A DNA stretch of 64,000 bases from Alphaproteobacteria bacterium (GCA_038116985.1 JAYOEZ010000006.1:7903-71902), one strand, 5' to 3'; shown: positions 37,355 through 51,594, counted from the first letter of the stretch. Made by a program: numbers and translations. The notes: a model not told the origin generated them from the sequence alone.

Positions 37355-38470
37355 ATGAGCGATTTCGTTGAGTGCATCGTTGTTGGCGCCGGCGTAGTGG
37401 GGTTGGCCTGCGCACGAGCGATTGCGCAATCGGGGCGGCAGGTCCTCGTCCTCGAAAAAGAGCCGTTGATCGGTAGCGAGACCAGTTCGCGCAACAGCGA
37501 GGTGATCCACGCCGGAATCTACTATCCGCCGGAATCGCTCAAGGCGGCGCTCTGCGTTCGCGGCAAGGATATGCTGTACGACTACTGCGAGACACAGGGG
37601 ATTCCGCACGGCCGCTGCGAGAAGCTCGTCGTCGCGGCCAACGCGGGCGAAGTCGCCGCACTGGAGCGAATTCGGCAAAACGCCCTCGCGAGTGGCGTTC
37701 ACGACCTTGAGCTGATCGACGGCGCGGCGGCAACACGCCTGGAGCCGAAGCTTCGTTGTCACGCCGCGCTCAGGTCGCCCTCGACAGGTATTCTGGACAG
37801 CCACCAGTACATGCTGGCCCTCGAGGGCGACATCGAGAATGCCGGGGGTTCGGTTGTGCCGCGCAGCTACGTTGCGGAAGCGCGCCGGGCCGGGGAAACG
37901 TTCGAGGTCGTGGTGGAAACCGAGGAACCCGAGCCGATCGTGGTTGCCAGCCGAATGCTCGTGAATGCGGCCGGGCTCTGGGCGCAGCAGGTTGCGCAGA
38001 GGGTCGAGGGTATGCCGCCTGAGCGCATCCCGAAGCAGTACCTGGCCAAAGGCAACTACTTCGTGATGAGCGGCAAGGCGCCGTTTTCGCGCCTCATCTA
38101 CCCTTTGCCGACCGCCGCCAGCCTTGGACTGCACTACTCGATCGACCTCGGCGGCCAGGTCCGCTTCGGACCCGATGTCGAGTGGGTGGAGCGGATCGAC
38201 TATCGTGTCGATGCGACGCGCGCTGCCGCGTTCGAAGCCGCAATCCGCCGATATTTCCCGGAACTGCCCCGCGCCGCGCTGCAACCAGGATATGCGGGCG
38301 TCCGCCCCAAGATCGTCGGACCAGACGATCCGGCCGGCGACTTCGTGATCCAGGGAGAGGGCGAGCACGGCGTCGCAGGGCTCGTCAACCTGTTCGGGAT
38401 CGAGTCGCCCGGGCTCACCTCTTCGCTTGCCATCGCGGAGGAGGTGGCCTCGCGCTTGCTGGGCCGGTAG
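37355..38470 (+). CDS. FAD-dependent oxidoreductase (L-2-hydroxyglutarate oxidase/dehydrogenase-like, LhgO/YgaF family)
   Basis: Seen: CIVVGAGVVGLACARAIA dinucleotide fold. C-terminal GIESPGLTSSLAIAEEV is typical of this DAO subfamily. Confidence 0.75.
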   Translation: MSDFVECIVVGAGVVGLACARAIAQSGRQVLVLEKEPLIGSETSSRNSEVIHAGIYYPPESLKAALCVRGKDMLYDYCETQGIPHGRCEKLVVAANAGEVAALERIRQNALASGVHDLELIDGAAATRLEPKLRCHAALRSPSTGILDSHQYMLALEGDIENAGGSVVPRSYVAEARRAGETFEVVVETEEPEPIVVASRMLVNAAGLWAQQVAQRVEGMPPERIPKQYLAKGNYFVMSGKAPFSRLIYPLPTAASLGLHYSIDLGGQVRFGPDVEWVERIDYRVDATRAAAFEAAIRRYFPELPRAALQPGYAGVRPKIVGPDDPAGDFVIQGEGEHGVAGLVNLFGIESPGLTSSLAIAEEVASRLLGR

Positions 38471-38538
38471 CGCGTTTCTTGTTCGTTAACCTTGAAGGCG
38501 CTAGGGTCTGGCGACGTTTGACATAGGGCCAGGCAGAC

Positions 38539-39357
38539 ATGAAGAAGCTATTCGTCGCCGCGTTGTTCATCGGAATCGCGGCTATTCCGGCGTGGGCCGC
38601 GAACGTGGGGACGACGCGCAGCTACGAATCGCAACTCTCCGGCGCAACCGATACGGCCATTGATTTCTCAAGCGGTAGCAACTGGCGCGGCATGGTCGGC
38701 GGCGGCGCGGGCATTGCGCCCGAGTTCATCGGCGCGGACGACTACGAGATTTCACCCCTTCCGTTATTCGACATCGAGTGGCGTGGCGCCTATTTCGCGA
38801 GTACCGAGCGCGGCGTCGGCCTTAATTTCGTACGGCGCAACAATCTGCGCTTCGGCCCCAGGTTCACCTACGACCGCGGCCGCGACTCTTCGGACAACAG
38901 CTTCCTCAGCGGACTACCGGACGTCGATCCAAGCATCGAGTTGGGCGTGTTCGTCGAGTCCATCAGTGGACCCTGGCGGTTCAAGGCGGACCTGCGCCAG
39001 GGCATCACCGATGGCCACGAGGGGCTGGTGGCGTCGCTCGACATTGCGCTCGGTGGCCGTCTGAGCGACCGGACCAACCTCATCCTCGGCGGCGTCGCCC
39101 ACTACGCCAGCGAGGACTACATGAAAGCCTACTTCGACGTCACCGTGGCCGGTGCGGGCAGGGCTGCATTCTCGACAGATGGTGGCGGGTTCAGCGACAT
39201 TGGGGCCTACGGAACGCTCGTCTACAACTTTAGCGATCGGGTGTTCGTATCGACCGTGCTGCGCGGCTCGCTGTTGATGGGCGATGCCGCCGACAGCCCG
39301 ATTTCGCAGGCCGACGGTCAATACTTCCTTGGCACGGTTTTCGGCTACCGCTTCTAG
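38539..39357 (+). CDS. MipA/OmpV family outer-membrane protein
   Basis: Seen: signal peptide, amphipathic beta-strand alternation, and a C-terminal ...GYRF aromatic terminus. Confidence 0.85.
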   Translation: MKKLFVAALFIGIAAIPAWAANVGTTRSYESQLSGATDTAIDFSSGSNWRGMVGGGAGIAPEFIGADDYEISPLPLFDIEWRGAYFASTERGVGLNFVRRNNLRFGPRFTYDRGRDSSDNSFLSGLPDVDPSIELGVFVESISGPWRFKADLRQGITDGHEGLVASLDIALGGRLSDRTNLILGGVAHYASEDYMKAYFDVTVAGAGRAAFSTDGGGFSDIGAYGTLVYNFSDRVFVSTVLRGSLLMGDAADSPISQADGQYFLGTVFGYRF

Positions 39358-39358
39358 C

Positions 39359-39772
39359 CTACCAAGCGCCTATCTCCTTCAGTTTCTGAACCAGCGGCGC
39401 CGGGAGGCGGCTCTCCGTGCCGCCAGTGCGAAGGTCCGACGGGGCGTCCCGCGCCTCCAGGTATCGCCAACCCTGATGCGGACGCCGCGGCTGCGGCTCG
39501 GTCAACACCAGACTTGGGTCCAGCACGAAGGCGCAACGCTTGCCCTCGGGATGCTCGGCGTCCTCGATCGCGGTGATGCGCTGGCGCACCTGAACATGAC
39601 CCCGAATGATCCAGTAGATCGAGCCCCGCGCAATGATCTCGTCGGCTCGCTTCGGACGGTGCCGGGTGAAGTGGCGAATTGCGCCCTGCTCCTGTCGGCG
39701 GCGGGACTGGATGTCTCGCAAATGATCCACATCATCGACACCCACGCACAGCTTGAGAATATGGACAACCAT
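39359..39772 (-). CDS. DUF1489 family protein
   Basis: Seen: MVVHILKLCVGVD, YWIIRGHV, QGWRYL blocks. Start taken at the Met matching the family N-terminus; the track ORF starts at 39808. Confidence 0.6.
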   Translation of the reverse strand: MVVHILKLCVGVDDVDHLRDIQSRRRQEQGAIRHFTRHRPKRADEIIARGSIYWIIRGHVQVRQRITAIEDAEHPEGKRCAFVLDPSLVLTEPQPRRPHQGWRYLEARDAPSDLRTGGTESRLPAPLVQKLKEIGAW

Positions 39773-39874
39773 CCTGGAACAGACTAGCGGTGTGCGCTGC
39801 GCGGGCAAACGGCGCAGCGCAGCGGAGGCCTGCCGCTACCCTTCGTAGTCTCTGAAAAAACTGAGGAACCCCGC

Positions 39875-41101
39875 TTGAACTCGACCAACAAAAACAAGGA
39901 TCGCGTCGTCATCGCCGGCGCCGGACCCGTTGGCCTTACCTTGGCCTATGCCCTGATTCGTCAGGATATTCCGGTACTGATGCTGGAAACCTACGCAGAC
40001 GTTCCGACCGACCCTCGCGCATCGACATTCCACCCGCCAACCATGACGCTTCTCGAAGGGCTCGATGTCGCCGAAGAGTTGCACGGCATGGGGATCGAGG
40101 TGCCCAAGTGGCAGTTCAGGGATCTGAAGCAGGGCAAGGTCGCGGAGTTCGACCTCAACATCCTTGCGGACATCACCAAATATCCGTTCCGGCTGCACTG
40201 CGAGCAACACAAATACGCCCAGATGCTCCTGCGCAAGGTCGAAAAGAGCGACCTGTGCGAAATCCGCAAACAGCGGTCGGTGACAGGCGCGAAGTCCGAC
40301 GACGCCGGCGTCACCGTGACCGCCGAGGGACCGGAGGGACCGGAAACGGTCACCGGCCGCTATCTCGTCGGCTGCGACGGCGGCCGAAGCGCTGTGCGTG
40401 GCGCCATGGGCGTTACCTTCGAAGGGCTGACGTTCCAGGAACGCTTTCTCGTCCTGACCACGCCCTTCGACTACGGACCGCACGGGTTCACCGGCACCTG
40501 CTACATCGCCGATCCTGAGCGCTGGTACTCGATGTTCCGGGTTCCCGCCGATGGACCGCCGGGTCGCTGGCGGGTCGTTTCGCCGGTCGACCCCGACCTC
40601 TCAGAGGAAGAGGCTTTCGACGATGCCCAATGCCAGGAGCGGATTCAGCGCGTCCTTCCCCACCCGGAGGGCGGCGAGTTCCCGATCATTCACAAGAACA
40701 TCTACCAAGTGCACCAGCGGATCGCCGGAAGCTTCGCGGTGGGCAACATGTTTGTCGCCGGCGACGCAGCGCACATCAACAATCCGCTGGGCGGCATGGG
40801 CCTCAACTTCGGGATCCACGATGCGCTGAATCTTGCCGAGAAGATGGGCGCGGTGTACCGCGGCGACGCAAGTACGGAAGCCTACGAAGTCTACGATCGG
40901 CAGCGCCGGACGGTTTGCGAGGAATACCTCCTGGCCCAGACGGCGCAAAACAAGCGCGATCTCGAGGAGCGTGATCCGGAGATACGGGCCAAGCGTCAGG
41001 ACGAGTGGCGCGAAACGGCCGCTGACCCGGCCAAGGCAAGAGAGTTTCTGCTGCGCACGGCGATGTTCAAGTCCGTCGAGCGTGCGCAATCGATTCAGTA
41101 G
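39875..41101 (+). CDS. FAD-dependent monooxygenase (UbiH/VisC/aromatic-ring hydroxylase family)
   Basis: Seen: VVIAGAGPVGLTLAYAL, DG motif (YLVGCDGGRSAVR), and GD motif (FVAGDAAHINNPLGGMGLNFGIHDA). TTG start preceded by GAGGAA. Confidence 0.85.
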   Translation: MNSTNKNKDRVVIAGAGPVGLTLAYALIRQDIPVLMLETYADVPTDPRASTFHPPTMTLLEGLDVAEELHGMGIEVPKWQFRDLKQGKVAEFDLNILADITKYPFRLHCEQHKYAQMLLRKVEKSDLCEIRKQRSVTGAKSDDAGVTVTAEGPEGPETVTGRYLVGCDGGRSAVRGAMGVTFEGLTFQERFLVLTTPFDYGPHGFTGTCYIADPERWYSMFRVPADGPPGRWRVVSPVDPDLSEEEAFDDAQCQERIQRVLPHPEGGEFPIIHKNIYQVHQRIAGSFAVGNMFVAGDAAHINNPLGGMGLNFGIHDALNLAEKMGAVYRGDASTEAYEVYDRQRRTVCEEYLLAQTAQNKRDLEERDPEIRAKRQDEWRETAADPAKAREFLLRTAMFKSVERAQSIQ

Positions 41102-41133
41102 CGGGGCGCCATTTCAATGGAGAACAACAACCG

Positions 41134-41873
41134 ATGACGGATTCGCTCGGACACAGGCTCAAGATCGGGGTCATCGTCCCCTCTACCAACACAACGGTTC
41201 AGCCGGAGTTCGCGGCCATGCAACCGCCGGGCGTGACCAACCACATCTCGCGCATTGCGATCCCCGACGCCAAGCTCGGCAGCGACGACGATTTCATCGC
41301 CCATATCGAGCGCATGCGTGCCGGTATCGAGGCGTCGATGGAACGCGTCATGACCTGCCACCCCGACTACATCGTCAACGGCCTGTCGCTGGAAGCGTTC
41401 TGGGACGGTCTTCAGGGCAGCATGGACATGCTGGAGCGGCTGGAGAAGAAGTTCTCCATCAAGATCTCGATGGGCAACAACGCGATCCTCGCCGCATTGG
41501 AAAAGATTGGGAATATCAAGAAGATAGCGCTAATCACACCGCACAAGCCGCTGGGCGACGAACGGGTGAAGACCTTCTTCAACGAGGCCGGCTACGAGAT
41601 CACCGATCTGCACAGCTTCAACGTGAACATGCCGGCGGAGATCTGCCACATCCAGGCCGACGCACTTCGCGACGCGACGATCAAGGTCAACAAGAGCAAT
41701 CCGGACGCTGTCGTCCAGGTCGGGACCGGTCTGGCAAACGCGACCGTCGCCGGCGAAGCGTGGCACTGGCTGAACAAGCCGGTCGTGGCGATAAACACGG
41801 CCTGCTACTGGCACGCATTGCGCCAATGCGGAATTACTGAACAGGTGACCGGCTTCGGCCCGCTGCTGACCGA

Positions 41874-41880
<7 letters not shown>
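41134..41880 (+). CDS. Asp/Glu/hydantoin racemase-superfamily protein (maleate isomerase / arylmalonate decarboxylase-like)
   Basis: Seen: IGVIVPSTNTTVQPEF N-terminus and a second half-domain containing Cys (INTACYW). Family-level call. Confidence 0.65.
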
Positions 41881-43838
<1,958 letters not shown>

Positions 43839-43846
43839 GTGGAGAA

Positions 43847-44641
43847 CTAGTCCGGCGCCCAGCTTGGGCGACGACGCTCGAAAAAGGCCGCGATGCCCTC
43901 CGCTCCCTCTTCAGAGGCCCGCCGGTCGGCAATCCTGCCGGCCAGGTCGGTGAGCGTGGCCTCGTCAATTGCGAAACCCGCGATATCGTCGACGAGTTTC
44001 TTGGCGTGACGCACGGCCTCCGGCCCGGTGGTCAGCAACTGGGTAATGACGTGGTCGCGGTGCGCAGCGAGCGCCGTATCCGTGGCGACGACCTCATGTA
44101 CGAGGCCTATCCTTTGAGCATCCTCCGCGTTGAAGCGCTCGCCGGTCTGAAAGTAGCGGTGCGCCTGTTGCGGTCCCATCGCTTCGATGACGAAGGGCGA
44201 GATCATCGCCGGAATCAGACCGAGTTTGGTCTCGGTGAGGCCAAACAGCGCATATTTCACGGCCACTGCGATGTCACATGCGGCCACTAGTCCCACTGCA
44301 CCGCCGAAGGTCGCGCCATGGACCAGCGCGATGGTGGGAATTGGCATCGTGCGCAACGCCAGAAGCATGCGGCCCAACGCCATTGCATCGGCAACGTTCT
44401 CTTCCCGCGAGTAACCGGCGGCGCGCTTCATGTAGTTGAGATCGGCGCCGGCGCTGAAGGATTCTCCCCGCCCCGCCAGGATGAGCACCCGTACATCCGG
44501 ATTGACGCGCAGTTCGGTGAGGAGTTCCGACAACCCTGCAATCATCGAATCGTCGAATGCGTTGTGGACGTCGGGTCGGTTCAGCGTGATCGTCGCCGCA
44601 CCGCGCGGATCGATCTGGAGCAACAGATGTTCGCTGGGCAT
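43847..44641 (-). CDS. enoyl-CoA hydratase (methylglutaconyl-CoA hydratase, LiuC-like)
   Basis: Seen: crotonase fold (FSAGADL, GGAVGLVAACDIAVA). 264 aa from ATG 44641, 3 nt after the mccB stop. Confidence 0.85.
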   Translation of the reverse strand: MPSEHLLLQIDPRGAATITLNRPDVHNAFDDSMIAGLSELLTELRVNPDVRVLILAGRGESFSAGADLNYMKRAAGYSREENVADAMALGRMLLALRTMPIPTIALVHGATFGGAVGLVAACDIAVAVKYALFGLTETKLGLIPAMISPFVIEAMGPQQAHRYFQTGERFNAEDAQRIGLVHEVVATDTALAAHRDHVITQLLTTGPEAVRHAKKLVDDIAGFAIDEATLTDLAGRIADRRASEEGAEGIAAFFERRRPSWAPD

Positions 44642-44643
44642 GG

Positions 44644-46251
<1,608 letters not shown>

Positions 46252-46255
46252 CGGG

Positions 46256-46858
46256 CTACCAGCCGCCCTTCTCCAGCCACGCGGCCATGTCGGGAAGCCG
46301 GTCCATGCCCCAGAACGGTTCATCACCGATGAAGAAGAACGGCGAGCCGAACACGCCCCGCTCCAATGCCGCCTCGACTTCGTCCTTCACCCGCGCCTTG
46401 ATGGCGGGGTCCTGGATCGCGGCAAGCAGCGCGTCCCGGTCGATACCAACGGACGCGGCGACGTCGGCGGTTTCCTCCGGCGGACTGACATCGCGTCCTT
46501 CGCCGAAATAAGCGTGATAGAACGCCTTGGCGAAGAGACGCGCCTTGTCCGGGTGGGTGTCGTTGAGCCAGTAGAAGCCCCGCGCCGCCGCCAGCGTCCC
46601 GTGGGGAAACCCTTCCGGCATCTTGCAGGGGGCGCCGAGCCGGCGCGCTGATCGGGCGATGTCATGGGCCGCGTAGCGGCCCTTGATCGGGTAGCCGAGC
46701 AACGGGCCTGTCCCTACTTTCTTGAAAGCCGCGCCGAGCAGAATTGGCCGCCACGCCAGGGCGCAATCGCGTGCCGCCGCCCAACCGTCGATCTGCAGAC
46801 TTGCGAGATAGCCGTAGGGCGACGCGAAATCGAAATAGAAATCAATGGTTTGTGCCAT
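46256..46858 (-). CDS. 2-hydroxychromene-2-carboxylate isomerase family protein (DsbA-like thioredoxin fold)
   Basis: Seen: [16 protein letters not shown]-terminus and C-terminal [21 protein letters not shown]. Confidence 0.8.
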   Translation of the reverse strand: MAQTIDFYFDFASPYGYLASLQIDGWAAARDCALAWRPILLGAAFKKVGTGPLLGYPIKGRYAAHDIARSARRLGAPCKMPEGFPHGTLAAARGFYWLNDTHPDKARLFAKAFYHAYFGEGRDVSPPEETADVAASVGIDRDALLAAIQDPAIKARVKDEVEAALERGVFGSPFFFIGDEPFWGMDRLPDMAAWLEKGGW

Positions 46859-46906
46859 GGCCGCCAGTCTAGGCCATGGCCACGACCGCCGCCACACAAC
46901 AGGCGG

Positions 46907-47530
46907 CTAGCCGCGCACGGCGCTCAGGCGGCCGGCGCGCGACAACCACATGTCGAGGTAGGGCAGCCGGTCATGTCCCCAGAATCCTTCGCCATCGACC
47001 GTGAACCACGGCGCGCCCACCATGCCCGACGCGATGGCGTCGTCGATCGCCGCCTGATGCTGCATCCCGCCGCTCTCGCTTTCCGCATAGCCCCGAACGA
47101 CGACCCGCGACAGGTTGAAACGCCGCAGGCCCGCGGCCACTTCGTCGATGCTCTGCAGCGCCTTGCCCTGGGCCCAGATGACCGATAACGCGGCAAGACA
47201 CATGGTCCGCAACTGCGCTTCGTTGCCGTCGGCGAGCGCGTAGCAGGTGGCGTAGAGAGCGTCGCAGTCGAAGGGCGGCTCGCGCCCGGAAGGCCTGATG
47301 AAGGGCAGCCCGCGAAGACGGCACACGCGTTCGGCGTCGTGACGCCAATAGGCGAGCTTTCGCGCGTCGGGCCGCGCCGCGCTTCCCAGCTGTTCGAAGA
47401 CACGGGAGAGACGGACCGGCCGCCATAGAACCTCACGCTCGTGACGGTAGGCGATCTCGTCGATCAGCTGTGCGGCGATGTAGGAATAGGGCGAACCGAA
47501 GGCCGGATAGAAAACGATCGGCCCGGCCAT
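46907..47530 (-). CDS. second 2-hydroxychromene-2-carboxylate isomerase/DsbA-like paralog (tandem)
   Basis: Seen: IVFYPAFGSPYSYIA ... GAPWFTVDGEGFWGHDRL. Paralogous to the preceding gene. Confidence 0.8.
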   Translation of the reverse strand: MAGPIVFYPAFGSPYSYIAAQLIDEIAYRHEREVLWRPVRLSRVFEQLGSAARPDARKLAYWRHDAERVCRLRGLPFIRPSGREPPFDCDALYATCYALADGNEAQLRTMCLAALSVIWAQGKALQSIDEVAAGLRRFNLSRVVVRGYAESESGGMQHQAAIDDAIASGMVGAPWFTVDGEGFWGHDRLPYLDMWLSRAGRLSAVRG

Positions 47531-47539
47531 GGGTTTGCG

Positions 47540-48736
47540 TCAGGCTGCGATCCGCTCGATGGCGATGGCCGTCGCCTCGCCGCCGCCGATGCACAGGCTG
47601 GCGACGCCCCTGTCGAGGCCGTTCTTGTCGAGCGCGTGATACAGCGTTGCGATGATGCGCGCGCCCGAAGCGCCGACCGGATGACCGAGGGCGCATGCGC
47701 CGCCGTGCACGTTGATGCGGTCGTGGTCGATTCCGATGTCCTTCATCGCCGCCATGGTGACGACGGCGAAGGCTTCGTTGACCTCGAACAGGTCAACGTT
47801 GTCGCGCGCCCAGCCGGTCTTCTCGAACAGCTTGTTGATCGCGCCGATCGGCGCGGTCGTGAACCAAGAAGCTTCCTGGCTGTGTGTCGAGTAGCCGACG
47901 ATACGGGCCAGCGGTGTCAGGCCGCGCCTTTCTGCCTCGGATTCGCGCATGAGAACCAGCGCCGCCGCTCCGTCGGAGATGGCCGACGAATTGGCCGCCG
48001 TGACCGTGCCGCCGTCGCGGAAGGCCGGCTTTAGTTCGGGGATCTTGTCGATCTTCGCGGTGAACGGCAGTTCGTCGCGCTCAACGATCGTTTCTCCCTT
48101 GCGGCTCTTGACTGTGACGGGAACGATCTCGGCCGCAAACGAGCCGTCCTCGTTGGCGGTCTTGGCGCGCTGAAGCGAACTCACAGCGAATTCGTCCTGC
48201 TGCTCCCGCGTGAACTGGTACTTCTCGGCGGTATCCTCGGCGAACGACCCCATCAACTTGCCCGGCTGTTCGATGGTGTCCTCGAGGCCGTCGAGGAACA
48301 TGTGGTCGTAGACCTTACCGTTGCCGAGCCGATATCCTCGGCGCGCCTTATCCAGCAGATACGGCGCGTTGGACATGCTTTCGAGGCCACCTGCGACCAT
48401 GACGTTGGCCGAACCGGCGCCGATCTGGTCGGCCGCCATCATCGTCGCGCGCATGCCCGAGCCGCACATCTTGTTGATGGTCGTCGCGCCCACGCTCAGC
48501 GGAATGCCCCCGGCCAGCGCGGCCTGGCGGGCAGGCGCCTGGCCCATGCCCGCCGGCAGGACGCAGCCCATGATGACGTCGTCGACTTCTTCGGGCGCAA
48601 CACCGGCGCGCTGGAGCGCTGCTCCGATGGCAGCGCCGCCGAGCTCGGTCCCTTTCATGCCGGAGAAACATCCCTGGAAGTTCCCGATTGGGGTCCGGGC
48701 AATACCAACGATGACGACTGGATCCTGAGCGCTCAT
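47540..48736 (-). CDS. acetyl-CoA C-acetyltransferase (thiolase II)
   Basis: Seen: active-site Cys region INKMCGSGMRA, and C-terminal NVHGGACALGHPVGASGARI and CIGGGEATAIAIE. Confidence 0.92.
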   Translation of the reverse strand: MSAQDPVVIVGIARTPIGNFQGCFSGMKGTELGGAAIGAALQRAGVAPEEVDDVIMGCVLPAGMGQAPARQAALAGGIPLSVGATTINKMCGSGMRATMMAADQIGAGSANVMVAGGLESMSNAPYLLDKARRGYRLGNGKVYDHMFLDGLEDTIEQPGKLMGSFAEDTAEKYQFTREQQDEFAVSSLQRAKTANEDGSFAAEIVPVTVKSRKGETIVERDELPFTAKIDKIPELKPAFRDGGTVTAANSSAISDGAAALVLMRESEAERRGLTPLARIVGYSTHSQEASWFTTAPIGAINKLFEKTGWARDNVDLFEVNEAFAVVTMAAMKDIGIDHDRINVHGGACALGHPVGASGARIIATLYHALDKNGLDRGVASLCIGGGEATAIAIERIAA

Positions 48737-48767
48737 GAGTCCCTCGCATGGATAGGAGGGCGCGACC

Positions 48768-49499
48768 CTATCGGAAACCGCGGTGTCCCGGAACCCCATC
48801 CACGGCGGCAGGCTGCATCGTGCGTGCCTCGGGCTCGCCAGCGCCGACGATGCGTCCGTCGGGCAACGTCAGGCCAAGGGTAATATCGGCAATGGTCAAG
48901 AATGCTGAAATCGGCCCGTCGCCGTCGGCGACCGGAAGCCACAGTCTGTCGTACATGGTCGTCGACCCGGCGCCATCGACGCCCGTGATACGGCAGACGC
49001 CAGGCCGCCCGAACTCAACCAGCGCCTCGTAGCTGCGGCAAACGCCCTCCGCGACAGGCGCCGAGGGAAAACCCCCGACGGTGGTCGGCCGAAACGCTCC
49101 GAACTCGCCGAAGCCCTCGCCGAGATGCAAGAACGGCCATTTGGACGTCGGCTGATCACGCAGGATGCGCACGAGTGTCGTGTAGGGCGTATTGAGCGCC
49201 GGCCGTTCCAGCAGCGATATTCCACTTTAGCCGGCATGGTCGACGAACACGCCCTGCGGACACGCCACTTCCATGAAATCGGCGAACGCGTTGCGCAGCA
49301 CCGGCGACCACATGTCGCTCAGCGGATAGCCGGAAACCTCGCAGCGACCGTCATCGACAGAGATGAAGCCGCTGTAGGTCTCGCCCAGAATATCTGCAAC
49401 GGTTGCGAGCATGCCGGTCCCCCCACCGAACGAAGCCCTCTCTCGACGCCTCCCCAGACGTCTGGACCCTATCGTTTCAGACTTGGTGCCGTTCCTCAA
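48768..49499 (-). pseudogene. hypothetical protein reading frame interrupted by an in-frame TAA (minus strand, plus coordinates 49227-49229)
   Basis: Seen: track ORFs 49227-49499 and 48768-49172 are in the same frame on the same strand, separated by a single TAA. No family recognised. Low confidence that it is a single gene. Confidence 0.35.
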
Positions 49500-49549
49500 C
49501 CGCGAATGCTAGACTGCCCAGGACCACCATATTTCACGGGGGATGGACC

Positions 49550-50719
49550 ATGAGGGGACAAGCTCTGCACGGCATTCTGCCGGACGAGACGCACGACGAA
49601 ATGTCGCGTCAGGACTTTGTGACCAGCTTCAAGGTGCACGTCCTCACGCAGCTTTCTGGCGGCAACAAGACCGCCTTCTTAACCAGCGCAGTGCCCCGTT
49701 TCCGGCGCAAGACGGGACACGAACCAGAGAATGCCCGCGAGGTCGCGCAGGCGATGCGGGACGAACCGTTTTGGCAGACCTGGAGCTCGCTCAACCGCTC
49801 GGGCCAGGAGTTGATGTGGGAAGCGCTCGGCGAGCGCACCGGGCGCCAACTCGACGACCTCAACAGCAAGGCGCGCGAGGTGGCCCAGCGCACGAAGAAG
49901 AAGGGCACGTTGCGTCTGAACCCCAAGCTTGAGACGCCGCGCTACAACAGCGAGATTCACATCCACTGCCAGCCGGGCGGCTATCACTCGGAGCTCACCA
50001 GCGACGATGTGTTTGCCGGCGCGCTGTATGACGTGGGTGCCTATCAGTACGGCATGGGAGGCCAGGGCCCGTGGACGGACGACGTCGGCCTGACGGTCGG
50101 CCACGTCCTCAACGAACGGTTTCCCGATTTCAAACCGAAGCGCATCCTCGACTTGGGTTGCGGCGTCGGGCATCAGACGCTCGGCCTGGCGGAGGCCTTT
50201 CCGGACGCCGAAATCCATGCCTGCGATCTTGGGGCGCCGATGGTTCGGTATGCGCACGCGCGTGCGGAATCAGTCGGCAAGGCCGTTCACTTCTCACAGC
50301 AGAACGCCGAGCACACCGACTTTCCCGACGGGAGCTTCGATCTCGTGACCTCGATGATTTTGTTTCACGAGACCTCGACGAAGGCGATCCCCAACATCAT
50401 CAACGAAAGCTTCCGCCTACTGCGGCCGGGCGGGTTGATGGTTCACGGCGACGTGCCGGAGTTCAACAAGTTCTGGCCCGAACCCTACGACCGCTTCCAG
50501 CGCGACTGGACCACGCATTTCAACGCCGAACCCTTCCGCAGCAAGATGCGGGAAATGGACATGGGCGACATTGCGAAGAAGGCGGGGTTCAAGGCTTCGA
50601 CGATCAGCGAGGAACTCGTGCCGAGCGTCTTCGGCCAGTCCGGCTATTCCAACACGTCGCTCTACGGAAAGACCCATGCCTACGGGATGAAGTGGTGGGT
50701 CCTCCTGGCGCAGAAATAG
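49550..50719 (+). CDS. two-domain SAM-dependent methyltransferase, paralog 3
   Basis: Seen: ILDLGCGVGHQT, LRLNPKLETPRYNSEIHIHCQPGGY, APMVRYAHARAESVG, VHFSQQNAEHTDF, FHETS. ATG 49550 verified. Confidence 0.8.
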   Translation: MRGQALHGILPDETHDEMSRQDFVTSFKVHVLTQLSGGNKTAFLTSAVPRFRRKTGHEPENAREVAQAMRDEPFWQTWSSLNRSGQELMWEALGERTGRQLDDLNSKAREVAQRTKKKGTLRLNPKLETPRYNSEIHIHCQPGGYHSELTSDDVFAGALYDVGAYQYGMGGQGPWTDDVGLTVGHVLNERFPDFKPKRILDLGCGVGHQTLGLAEAFPDAEIHACDLGAPMVRYAHARAESVGKAVHFSQQNAEHTDFPDGSFDLVTSMILFHETSTKAIPNIINESFRLLRPGGLMVHGDVPEFNKFWPEPYDRFQRDWTTHFNAEPFRSKMREMDMGDIAKKAGFKASTISEELVPSVFGQSGYSNTSLYGKTHAYGMKWWVLLAQK

Positions 50720-50739
50720 TCCACCAACGCGACATCGCC

Positions 50740-51594
50740 ATGAAGATCAATCCGGTTTCGCCCGTCATGGGCGCAGAGATTCTTGATCTCGACCTCGCCG
50801 AGCCCATCGACGACACAGCGTTCGAGGAGATTCACAAGGCCTTCCTTGAGCACATTGTGCTGGTGTTTCGCGACCAGACCCTGACGCCGGCCCAACACGT
50901 GGCCTTCAGCCGACGTTTCGGCGACCTCATGGTTCACGTAAAGGCCGAGTACCTGCTGCCGGACCAGCCCGAGGTGCTCATCCTATCGAACAAGAAGCAC
51001 CCCGACGGTCGCCCCATGGGCTTCGAGGATGCCGGGCGCTATTGGCATTCGGACATGTCCTACGTCGAGGAACCGCCGTTGGGTTCACTGCTGTACGCGG
51101 TTGAGATTCCACCCGCCGAGGGCGACACCCTGTTTGCCAACATGTACCTCGCGTATGACGCATTGCCCGACGAAACCAGGCAGCGGCTGGAAGGCCTCAC
51201 GGCGGCGCATTCGTACCTCGCCAGCTTCGAAGGCAAGACCAAGATCGGCTCGGGCCGCGACACGTTGACGGACGAACAGAAGGCGCAACTGCGCGAAGTG
51301 ATTCATCCCGTCGTACGGACCCACCCCGAGACGGGCCGCAAGGCGCTCTATGTGAATCCAGGCTTCACGGTGCGAATCGAGGGGCTGCCGGATGACGACG
51401 CGGCGTCACTGTTGGACGATCTGATCGAACATGCCTCGCGGCCACAATTCCAGTACCGCCACGCGTGGCGGCCCCACGACCTTGTGTTCTGGGACAACCG
51501 CTGCGCCATGCACCACGCGACGCTGTATGACCGGCAGTACGCACGGCATATGCACAGGACAACGGTGAAAGGCGACCGTCCTTTCGCCGCCTAG
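50740..51594 (+). CDS. TauD/TfdA-family Fe(II)/2-oxoglutarate-dependent dioxygenase
   Basis: Seen: HSD metal triad region WHSDMSYVEEPP with a later H, and an R near the C-terminus. 284 aa from ATG 50740, 21 nt after paralog 3. Confidence 0.85.
   Translation: MKINPVSPVMGAEILDLDLAEPIDDTAFEEIHKAFLEHIVLVFRDQTLTPAQHVAFSRRFGDLMVHVKAEYLLPDQPEVLILSNKKHPDGRPMGFEDAGRYWHSDMSYVEEPPLGSLLYAVEIPPAEGDTLFANMYLAYDALPDETRQRLEGLTAAHSYLASFEGKTKIGSGRDTLTDEQKAQLREVIHPVVRTHPETGRKALYVNPGFTVRIEGLPDDDAASLLDDLIEHASRPQFQYRHAWRPHDLVFWDNRCAMHHATLYDRQYARHMHRTTVKGDRPFAA

Noticed and set aside
36263-38368. Long antisense ORFs (36263-37237 plus strand, 37250-38368 minus strand) opposite the DUF3179 and LhgO-like genes
   Set aside because: The sense genes have signal peptides or FAD motifs. 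The antisense frames have none.
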